Assembly: GCA_965655095.1 (NCBI GenBank)
Contig: OZ296648.1
Coordinates: 12,834,001-12,898,000 of the forward strand
Direction of reading: 5' to 3'
Origin: Haplodiscus bocki
Lineage: Eukaryota
Length of the DNA: 64,000 nucleotides
How positions within the stretch are numbered: position 1 is the stretch's first letter; every line of letters begins with the position of its first letter. Positions 49,001-59,642 of the stretch are shown one piece after another. The position numbers were made by a program, and so were the translations under genes. The notes under the pieces are model-generated. The model was not told where the DNA came from. It made no database searches and was given only the letters and a program-made list of their open reading frames with translations.

Positions 49001-49600
49001 CCATTAAGGCAACCCAGGGAATCGGTTGCGTGTGTGCCGATTCTGTTTCGTTCCTGTCACCACGTCGCACGCAAGGCTAGCAGATGTGTTGCCTCATATA
49101 AAACTGGCAGCCTTGCCGTTTCTATTGGCTTCCAACTCGTTTTGATTTGCCAACAGAGCACAAAAATCCCCAACTCGTCGCAGGATCGGCTCAGTCGTCT
49201 GTTTCATTTGCTCGCTCCCTATGCAATGTGTAACCTCACTGGTGGAAAAAGAGATATCTTATGAGTCGATCTAGGGTTCTTGTTTATATCCTAACTCTAC
49301 GGTTTCTGTGGATCTGTCGTGCGTCTGAGTGCTGTTCTCTGTTTTTTAACTCGTTTACTAAAGAAAAGTAGTGCGAGCGTTAAGCTATTGAAGAGTTTGT
49401 GATAGTCAATTTGTATTTGTTAAGAGTGAAATATCTCAAAAGCAGTAGTTGGCTAAAATTCTGCTCCGTAGAGTGTCTAATTGACCTTGTGTTAACAGCA
49501 GAGTTGAACAAAGGTCTTTACGTTACAAATTATAGCTACTTTCGGGCAAGGTTAGCAGCGCAAGAAGGGTTGTGGCATATTTCTGGATGCAATTTAGTCA
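46050..49600 (-). mobile_element. 5' portion of Gypsy element G2 (LTR remnant, PBS, gag, protease, RT N-terminal half)
   Basis: PBS at 49052-49062; gag-like MDNLTNSD...; LNSAAIQSAI protease (47157-47429); QYVGD (~46335, YVDD-like); reading ends at ...QNIP at 46050. The LTR outer boundary is uncertain. Confidence 0.85.
49052..49062 (-). promoter_or_regulatory. Primer-binding site TGGTGACAGGA of G2
   Basis: Plus strand TCCTGTCACCA, identical to the G1 PBS. Confidence 0.8.
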
Positions 49601-50029
49601 CCTGACAATCAGAGTGATTCTTATTGTAGTTCAGTAGTTCATTATCACACCTTTTGTCCGCAATTCTAGCTAGCACCAATTATTTCTACATTTATCACGA
49701 TTCTAGTAGCGCACTTTCTCTAAGAGTTAGGCCATTTGGTTTTTACGGCAAAGGTGATGTTTTGATTGCTCCTCTAAAAGCATTGCAGAAGTCTTTCAAT
49801 GCTAGAAGCACTAGTTGGTGACGATGGTACATCATTACAGCTCAGTGTGATTGATCGTGTTTTCATAGCCGTGAATCTCTACATTTTTGATTTATTGCTG
49901 CCAATAGGCTTAGCGCACTCTAAAGCAATTCCCGCAGACGTTTTTTGAAATTGCACTAGAGTGAGAGCTACTACAGCTCACTCTGAGCTTTGCGCTTTTC
50001 TGGCGATGTCTAATGGACAATTGAAAGAG

Positions 50030-50032
<3 letters not shown>

Positions 50033-50070
<38 letters not shown>
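50033..50070 (+). repeat. (GA)n microsatellite
   Basis: Direct observation. Confidence 0.98.
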
Positions 50071-50072
<2 letters not shown>

Positions 50073-50359
50073 GCGATGCGGCTTACTCTCGATTATCAGT
50101 TCTAATGATGCTCAAATTTGCCTTTTTTTGAGTGAGGTGTATGTCTGCCCATTTGAATGATGACTTTTTTGAACTATAGTTCAAACTGTACCTTACAGTG
50201 AGGTGTGTGTTCGTTCACTTTAATCAAAAAATTTCAATAGTGGTTCTACTAATTGCATTGAAATGATGTGTATTAGGGTTCACTTCCGATTTATGAATTT
50301 TATTGGCTGATGCGGTTAAGAATCACTGTGATGATGCGAGTTAATGATGCCTATTTTTC

Positions 50360-51245
50360 ACATCATTAGCGACAACTCCAACGTTACTTCTGCGATCGAT
50401 CGCTTGACACTCATGTTTGTGCCCGCAAGAATGATTATCACCAGAAAAGAATGGACATGCTTGCATATACTCTCGGGGAGTACAACTACTTGGAAATTTT
50501 GGCAAAGACTTTTATCATCACTGCCAGACAAAACCAGTTCATTCACGAAAACAATTTCAACAAAGCTCCAATTCGTCGCATTGCCCTTGCAAAGAATACA
50601 AACTCTGCAACTATTGTATCATACATTGAAAAACCACTCTGATATCAGCAGTTTGATCCAAGACAAACAGTAATACCCTAAGATGGACAGCATATTCTAC
50701 AAATTGAACCTGTTTAAAAATGTCGCCTATATGTTACGCGAATGAAATCAATGAACTTTCTAGATGATATCCGCTCAATTTTGATTGGTAAATTCGAAGA
50801 TATGTATATACTCTTGTCTGACCTAACCTCAATGCAAAATGCTACGGAAAATTGTCATGAACTGGAACCAGTTTGAAAGCTTTCGAGAATGGAGCTAAAT
50901 TTTACTTAAATTCTAAACCGCGCTACTGAAATCCTTGTTTTGGGGTAACGAATGTCTTCGGTTGCAGTTGACAAGTTTTTTGTTGTTCGAAAGAATATCT
51001 AGAAAGTACAACGTTGCTCTTCAGCAATTAATCAAACGTGTTTGTTTCTCAAAAATTGGTAGATTGGCTCATTGCTTTCAAATTATGTTCCAACTCTTCC
51101 CGATGAGGCTTTTGACAAAGTAAACACGGAGCCCATCAGTTTAAATGGTGAATATTGGATAATAAATGCAAAATCTTGTCAAGACTTGTCTTTTGCAAAC
51201 TCTCTTGTAGCTGATAAGTACAGTTTCCTGAAGCAGCGCTACAAA
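50360..51245 (+). pseudogene. Isolated Polinton B-family fragment: MCP C-terminus plus protease N-terminus
   Basis: Colinear with 44370-45250, and near-identical to it over the central ~500 bp. Confidence 0.9.
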
Positions 51246-51621
51246 TGAATGCCTTGAAATGATGCGTTTTACGGCTCACTTCCGATTTTTGAATTTCTTT
51301 GGCTGATGCGGTAAAGTATCACTGTGATGATGCGTGGTTGATTTGATTCGCAATAAATGTTTTCAATTTCTGGGAACGTACGGGTCTGCAGAATGTGTTG
51401 CAACTCATTCTAAATTGTATAAACAATGAAGTGCAATCTAATTGCAGTGGAGTGAGGTGTTCTGTTGCTCACTTCCAAAAAATTTCCTAACTTATACAAT
51501 ATGGTGCGCAGCATGAATAGCGTGAAGTGATGTGTGTTGAGCATCTTTTTCCACGTGTTCACATATTACGTTACCGCGGTCATAGCAACGGAACAGGAAT
51601 TAATTGTACACATTGGCTTTA

Positions 51622-51826
51622 ATACTAACTATATAATTATAGTATGCATTTAGCTTATGTCCTATTATGAAGCCATTCCATCTAGGTAGCATCACCTAGT
51701 TCATACGAACATATATAGTGTTTATAATGCGGCGTATGTTCGTATGAACTAGGTGATGCTACCTAGATGTAAGGGCTTCATGATAGGACATAAGCTAAAT
51801 GCATACTATAATTATATAGTTAGTAT
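51622..51826. repeat. 205-bp near-perfect palindrome (~92-bp arms, 21-nt loop); MITE/foldback element or hairpin RNA
   Basis: ATACTAACTATATAATTATAG...CATACGAACATA / TATGTTCGTATG...CTATAATTATATAGTTAGTAT with few mismatches. Confidence 0.95.
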
Positions 51827-52953
51827 CCTCCATGCGAGCACGACAGACAGTTTAATGATGTATCAAAATCTCCTTCACCAGTGGTATACTTATGTCACGT
51901 GTTAGGCTTGGAGCCCTACGTTTGACGTTTTTACATCTTGCAAAGTTTTCAATTTCAGTCAGGGTCTAATACACATGATTGAAAAATTGTACTAGAAATC
52001 TGAGCACGGCAAATATTTTAACATCCAAATCAAACACTGCGAAGGAACATTTTGAATTTGCTGGACGCTTCCCAGTTTTGATCATTTTTTGACTGTTTTC
52101 TTTTCTTTTAGTCGTGCCCATAAAAATGTTGGCACTATTTTAGATTCAAAAGATAAGATAGGACATAAAAAAAACTCAACGATAAATAAATCACCATAAT
52201 AAAACGGTTAAGTTAGCTGTCAAAAAATAATTTTAAGATTAAAATCAAGCTTTGGAACTGCGGACAGTAGTGACTTGTAATCATTTTCGGGCAATTCACA
52301 ACAGTTATACTGTACATCGTTCCATCGCATGCGCCAGCTTGCGACAGGACCCATCTAAGTCTAACTAAAGATTGCTTAGTTTCACCTCTGAGGGGGCAAC
52401 GCAGGACTCCAATGAAAAAGATTTTCAATTTTTCCTCTTTGTGTGACTGATTTGTGGCAAAAAAATTGATAGAAATTCCAATTTCAACCAAATTACTTTG
52501 AATCATTTCGAACGCAAAATTGTATCCATTTTGGTAAAGTCTTCCGTGATTATTTCACTTGCGTTCATGCTCAGCGTTACCTCTGAAGTTTGTACTTTGT
52601 CGAGCCGTCGATTTGAATCAAACCAGTTTTGATACATTAGAGCTTCGACCATTACTTACAATCTGTCATCTTTTCTGAAGTAGAGTAGCTCTGATGTATC
52701 AAATTGGTGTCATCAATCCAGTTCTGAACAAACATCTCGCTTCTTAAGAATCTGGATCTGAAGTTTGCTGAAGGATGCTTGTTGCGGTTGTACGCCAAAC
52801 CGATGAGTGAACATTTACTTTCAAATATGTAAGATTTCAACAAGACAATGATTTAAAAAAACTAAATCCAGTTTGAATATAATATCAGTGAAGGTTGCTG
52901 TCTTTAAAATTACCTTATCCAACTTTAATTCAATTCAACATACGCAACCCAAA

Positions 52954-53460
52954 ATGGCACAAGAAATCAGGAAAAGTTATAGTTTTCCTGAAACAACGCA
53001 AATTGAAGTTTCACCTCGTAAAAGGAAACTTTCAATTGTGTCTTTAAAATCTGCCAGCTCCATTAAAACAATCTCACATTTATCCAACAAAAAGGAACAT
53101 CTTTTTATCAACTTTCGAGATATCCACAGAAAATTATCGGGAAGTGGAAGTAAACAACATACGCAACAACAACAAAAACATCAAGAGGAAGAAGAACAAA
53201 TTTGGGACAACACTCAGAATCGTTTCCCATCTGGAATGAAACCCTCTGATTTATTCATTTTCACGACCTTGTGCACTGTGGCAGAAACTAAAAAACCTAA
53301 AGTTGATGAAGAAGTTATCGTGGATCAAGTAATGAGTGGTCTGCACATGAAGAGAGCCAGGGTTAAACCCAAACGACCAAGTCTAGGAGATCTGTGCAAA
53401 AAGTTTGCAGCTTCAACTACGATGCGTTCGAGGAAGTTAGGAGTTGTCTCATTTAGATAG
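52954..53460 (+). CDS. Hypothetical 168-aa basic, Ser-rich protein; candidate single-exon host gene
   Basis: Intact ORF in an otherwise decayed region, with ATG in AAAATGG context. It contains a PRKRK NLS-like motif, several R/K-R/K-x-S sites and a Q/E tract, and no TE motif. Confidence 0.6.
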   Translation: MAQEIRKSYSFPETTQIEVSPRKRKLSIVSLKSASSIKTISHLSNKKEHLFINFRDIHRKLSGSGSKQHTQQQQKHQEEEEQIWDNTQNRFPSGMKPSDLFIFTTLCTVAETKKPKVDEEVIVDQVMSGLHMKRARVKPKRPSLGDLCKKFAASTTMRSRKLGVVSFR

Positions 53461-56142
53461 AGCATTACACTGTATACTATTGTTGAACATAATTGGTAGT
53501 TTATAGTAGATTTAGTTTTGATTTGCTAAATTTAAGTTTAACATGACTTCAAGTGAATTAAATTTCGGGATATTTTCCGTCAACAGGGATGTCAAAGCGA
53601 CTGTCGAAAACAAATGTGTTCGCCAAAAAGGCCCTGCACGTTTGAAGTAACGTGATTGTGAACAACAAGAAAACTGTTACTTTTTGGAAGTTCTGAGTAT
53701 CAGTTTGAGTTCCAAATGCGAGTTGCAACACTGCTGTTTCTAATATTTAAGAGCCTTCAACGATTTGAATACTGTCGATTGGTAGTACCCTGATGGAAGA
53801 CCTCCCGCTGGCAGTTTTTGAAAAGTCTCAAAAAGATTTAAAAGAGCACTTTGCAATTTTTGGCATATTCAGCCAGGGTTTCCATACAACGAATCAAAAC
53901 GGAGAAAAAAGTATCCAATAACTTTCCATATAAAATCTGTTAGACGATGGAAGAGATAGTGTTGGAGATTAAGTTTTTGTTGTACCGTCTTCGGAGATTG
54001 TTGTCGAAGGCTGCCGCCTGCGACGGCGTAATATAAAGCCTTGATTGCATATTGCTTTGTTGAAAATTTTGATTGGCTGACGCTACTTTGACCAGTCATT
54101 GACGAGAAAGCAAACGCCTTAAATAATCATGTCAAAGAAAGTGCTATTGACGCGATTCTGACGTAGCTGACGCCAAACAAACCTTCACTCGCTCAACCGC
54201 ACCACTACTCAAGACATATGTCAAAAGTACGTCAATACCTGGAATATTGGTGCTAAAAAGAAACACCAGTAAAAATAAAGTAGATACAATTAAATTAGCC
54301 AAACTGTTTATATATAACTATTATTAATAAATTCTCATGAAACTACACATAAATTATTTGATTAATCCGTATAGTAGTTTTTAAATAGACTTTTACCTTA
54401 TTGGTTACGTGATGTACTGCATTTCACGACTAACGTCGAATGCACGTCAAACTGTTCAATTTCGGCATTTAAAGTTAACACCTCGACTCAAGCTCATATA
54501 GTACTATGTCAAAAGTATGTCATATATATTAATTCATGACCTGAGTCCATTCACGCATTTTAGCTGCACATGTAAAAGTACATAAAGTTCAGTTTTCCAT
54601 ATAATATATCAATATTGCAGTGAATATTATTTATGATTAGACTGTCCTGTAAAAACGATTTTATGTCAATTGATGATTTTTATGTAGAACTTGAACATTT
54701 TTTTTTAAAACCACGTAAAAGTTATTTCATGATTAACCGATAAATTCCTTTTTGATGTTACAGTTTTAATCGCAACTTTACAACCCGCGACATCAAGCCA
54801 ACAATCCCAATTGGCTGCCGACAAAAACCAAGACAGAAATTTTTCCTCGACTCAGTGGGAACTGATGAAGAAAAGAGGAGGACACAACTCCGAAAACATT
54901 CATAAAGATCACTAGAACACATCGCTAAAAGTTTCCTCAACAGTCACCCAACACTGTCAATTGAACTTTGAAATAAACACTCGAAAACCTATCCAACACA
55001 ATGCCTCAATTCTTCTGACGCTGAAACATTGTTTCTATTTTAAACTGTTTGACTTGATTATAGACTTTTCCTTAGTATCTTAATAAATTCGTTGCGCACT
55101 GATAAAAGTAATCGTAAAAAATTCAACAATTTCTGAAGATAGTTTTTACACGCAAGAAGAAAAACTAACAGAAAAAGCAGCTTAGCCAGTTAGATGAAAA
55201 TTTAAAAGATTTTGTTACTTGAAACAGTGTAAAGGTGAATTTATCGGAAAAAGAAAATTTGGATTAACAGACCAACGGTCAGCCTACTGATTTCAAAAGT
55301 ATCTACAATAGTGCCCGTCAAAATCAAGTCCTAGAAAAAATATTGCCAACCAAATTACAGGAGCGGTTAGTAGTGCTGCCATGGCTTTCGGAAAAAGCAT
55401 GCACGACGCGATTTTGACAGACATAGATAATATGGATAATGTGGTGATGCTAAAAGTTGCGAAGGCTGTGAAATTGACCATTGGTTCCAAAGGACATGGG
55501 AGGATTGGTGAAGACCAAAACTTTCATCCAATGGGTTTCTTAAGGAATGTCAGAAACACAGCGCTCATATCGGCCGCAAGCCGTTTGGATTTAGACAATG
55601 AATTAAACAGGAATGATGAGACTTACATTATTGAAAAATTCCAGGACGGCGAATTTCCGGCTTTAGGACCTAACTTTGGCCGGAGACCACATGCTAATCT
55701 CAGTTGTACCGCCTCTTTCCGAGTCTTCCCGGATGTTGTACCATCTCGTGGCGGAGAGTGTTATCAAAAAACAAAATCAACCCTAGAGGAAGAAGAGGGC
55801 AAGACAAAGCAAGAAGTTGGGCAATGGACCCTTTTTGGGACGGGAGTTGCCCACAATTAGCCAAGCCGAGCACCTCCTTAAACAACCAATACGCGTGTTC
55901 TGTTTGCCGTTTGGTCGAGATTCCAGGGAGGGACGCCGTCATTGGACAACCCAAATTAGGTTGTTTCTGATGATAAACCATCCGAATCCTGGACCTCGAG
56001 CAGAGGATTGCAACAAAAGTTTACGCACAAAATTCCAACAGACGAGCGCAGCGAAAAGAAGAAACGACGAAAAGACAAAAGCACAAGAAAGTGTAAATGA
56101 AGTTTTGCAGAACGCAACACAGCCTCCCAACGTCACAAACAG

Positions 56143-57078
56143 ATGAAAGGCAACGCGGCCCAGCAGGAAAGTCAACGATGGAAAAGAAAAAGGGAGCAAA
56201 CGTTTTTCATCTGCGAAAAAAGACTGAATGCAACCTGGAACCTCGAACGATGTAAAAATCAAGTGGACGGGAGGGGCACCATACAAGACGTCCTGAGTGC
56301 AATCCATGAACATAAGTGGGAAGTTGTTTTTTTATCAGAAATCTTGTTCAAGGATTCGGGCATCTGGTGGTATGCAAACTCTTCTGTCCTGATACATGGA
56401 AAACGAGGAGCAGTGATTCTCAGGAAACAATGGGCTATGGCTAAGAAAGAACAAGGAAGTAAGAAACGGTTCGACGAACGGTTTACCATGGTAACGTTCA
56501 AAGACACCAAGTTGATAGCAGTACACCTGCCGGTATCTCCCAATGACGGAGAAATTGAGGAGTACCGGAAGAATTTGGAAACAGCCTTGGCTTGTCGAAG
56601 GAAAAACAAAATAGTTTTGACCGGAGGAGACCACAATGCGCCCATCGGGTGCCAGAATATTATCAGGAAAACGGTGGGTGCTTTCGGGCTGGAACCTGAA
56701 ACATCGGCGAAAGGTGATATTGTTGCTTGTGCACAACAGAAAGACCTTCAAATAGTGGATACGTACGTTCAGAAGAACAATAGAAGCACATGGTGTCACC
56801 TAAAAGCTGGCATTTGGTACGAATTGGATTACTTCCTTGCAAAGCAGTGCCAGAGATTAGTGGTTAAAAACATAAAAGTAGTGCCGGACGATAAATGGTC
56901 ACACCAGAAACCCCAGGAAATCCAGGTGCTGTTTCGCCAAGCGAGGAAAAATAAGTACAGAGTGCCAAGAACTGAAAAAACTGATTGGAAGAAACTTCGC
57001 TCTGAAGCATTTCAAAACGAGTACAGGCAACGCATCGCGAAGACACAACGGTTAGACAACGGGTCGTGGGAAAGCTAG
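56143..57078 (+). pseudogene. Apurinic/apyrimidinic-type endonuclease domain of the LINE ORF
   Basis: ATWN, VVFLSEI, VLTGGDHNAPIG, STWCH, YELDYFL and SHQKP (SDH-like). Confidence 0.9.
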
Positions 57079-57659
57079 CAGAAAGAAGGAAGAAAGTAGC
57101 CAATTCCACAAGCGGCCTGGAAGATTCTAGAAGTAAAACTAGTCAATGGATGACAAACAATGAGCGCAGTGCCAGGCAGTATAGAGTGCAAATCGAGAAC
57201 TTAGCGAAAATGAGAAACCAATAAGCTTCTGGGAGCGAGAAACGCACAGACGCCTAAAGGGAGCTGCAAGTGTCCGAAAAGAGTACAAAAACAGCTGTGC
57301 TAGTGGGAGCAGGAGTGGTGGAACCAACTGCTCAGTCAGTGTGAAAAGGTGATGCAGCATCAAAATCTGGTCGAAATTTACAGCATCCTGAAACATTTAG
57401 GTCTACGGGACAATAAAGCACAAGACTTTCGAACAGCCTTTCGGAAAAGTCCCAGAACAGCCGGAGGAAAATGAGCTAGCAGAGAAAATACAAGCAAAAT
57501 GAATTATTCTAAGTAATGCCAAGACCTCTGAGGAAGGCAGACAGGCGGCCATACGCTTGGTTATATCCCTAAGTGAAACGAAAGTCACATGGGAGCGGAG
57601 CAAAATAACAAGGCACAGAGGAAAGAGATTTAGCGTGTTTGTTAGACCAAAAGAAAACC

Positions 57660-58550
57660 TATCCTTAGGTGAACGGGATTGGTTTTATCAAAATTTCTGG
57701 AGTCACATGGGTTCCACAGCAAACTCTTAGACAGTTTGAAGAATTTTCACGAGGCAACTTCCTATAAGGTGAAGGGAAATCGAGAAATGAGTACCGAATG
57801 GAAACCGCAACGAGGGCTGAGAGAAGGCTGCTCAACATCTTTTTCAAAATATTTCACCAGGTGTTAATGAGAGGAGCAATTAACGATCGAGGTGAAGCTG
57901 ACGGCAAAGAAAACTCATTCTTGCCGGGAATCCCCGTCATGATGCAACGACGAAACCGGCAAAACGGTGGAGGCAAACAGAGCCAACTCAGGTACCTACT
58001 TTTTGCGGACGACAGGACAATCCTCAGCGGGGCAGCGCAAATAGGGAAAGTGCGAGAACAACGAAAAATGTCATGGGCTATTTCGAAGAGAAAAGAAACG
58101 ACTGCAAAGAGGAAAACATAGTCATAAGAGAGGAGAGTGCTGCAAAAGCTGAGTTTCTTGGAACGTGGCTAGGGGAAGGACAAGACACAAAAATGCGTAC
58201 TCAGAGAGCTATGGGCTCTTGGAGAAAACTGAAAAAGCAACTCAAGCACTCGAGACTAACTGAACGTACACAGGCACGAGTAGTAGAAGCAACAAAGGAA
58301 AGCATCATGCTCTAAAATTCTAGCAGGAGAACATGGACACTTAGTGAATTGAATCGAATGGAAAGTAATATGGAGCAACGCTACAGATACATTGGGAGCT
58401 CGAAGAACAAACAAGCGCCTCAAGAAATGGAGGAAAAGCAAAAGAATAGATGGGGTGTCCGAAAAGCATTGAGAATCATGTCAATCCGATCAAAAGTGGA
58501 GAGAAGGAGCTTTGAAAGAATTGGAATCGTCATCCGCATGCCCTAAAATC
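57660..58550 (+). pseudogene. Reverse transcriptase domain of the LINE (frameshifted, partly deleted)
   Basis: GLREGCSTS, YLLFADD, AEFLGTWL. Confidence 0.88.
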
Positions 58551-59642
58551 GTGCCACTAAACAGGTCACTTTTGGCTGGCTGCAACTTGCGAAATCCACT
58601 GAGAAAACCAGAAAAAGATACCAGTGCACACTACGATACTAGATCAAACTCGCAATTCGAGCAAAATGGGACGCTCTGAATGTCCATATAACAGCCCAAA
58701 ACAGCTTCCAATGGAGACGAATCGTGAATAAGCGAAGAAAACACATAAAGAAAAGGGAAGAGACACAGGAAAACAGCTACACAGGTGAACCTATAAAACG
58801 ATCCCAAAGAGTCAGGAGAAACGAAAACAGCAACGAATGTCTGCAATGTGGGAGAGAGTAAGTCCCGAGCGGGTTTCGCTGTCCTTATCGAAAGGGTGCA
58901 CACACAGTCACTAGTAAAACAGCGATGCAAAAAATGTGAACTGAGTCTTGAACAGGAAGTGAATCTCAAAAGTAATAAGAAAAAGTGCTGCGGAAGAACT
59001 AGCCCGAGAAACTACAGACAGAAGTGGAGTTTTTGCCCTAGTGGCGGGATGGTAAATTTCTCAACCAATATGGCCCGGCAGCTCGCGAGCTGCGAACAAC
59101 GGCAGAAGGGGACACTTACAGAGTGACTACCACACACAAAACAAGGTGATGTAGCTTCTGAATGTTGGTTACAATCAGTACTAAACGAACTTCCTGGCAA
59201 TTTTGGTCTATCATATTTCTGAGGCACAAAAAAATTGGAGGAAAACATTGAAAAACTTCCTACTTATCAGAAATTGTTGGCTGAAGACTTTATAGAAGAA
59301 CTGTTATAGGTACCTTCGTAGACTTTGAAAAAACTTTTATTTCAAGAACATTAAAAGTAAACAGCCATTCTTGAGAGTTTCAATTTGTGAAGTTAATGAA
59401 AGACAAACAGCAAAAAATTCATTCAGTAACCATCTACAGACGGAAAACTGTTGAGTCAGACCTTGAGAGATGGAAGCTTAGTTGAGGCAAATGCATAAAG
59501 AAATTGCAGTTCAAAGTTTTAGGTAAAATGGGTTTTCAGTCTATTGTCAAATCACTTCACTTTGCACTTTTTGGGATTTTCTAATCCACAAAGTTTCCGA
59601 TACAGGGAACCGAACCAAAAACTGTTGATGTGTAATCGTCTT

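Larger units (their letters stand above)
55680..59140 (+). mobile_element. Decayed RTE-like non-LTR retrotransposon
   Basis: APE domain, then RT (GLREGCSTS, LLFADD, FLGTW), then C-terminal Cys-rich fingers and a short CA/A tail near 59135. 5' boundary approximate. Confidence 0.88.

Noticed and set aside
55381-55860. 159-aa ORF as LINE ORF1 or a host gene
   Set aside because: It seems to straddle the LINE 5' boundary and has no recognisable domain, so it cannot be supported.
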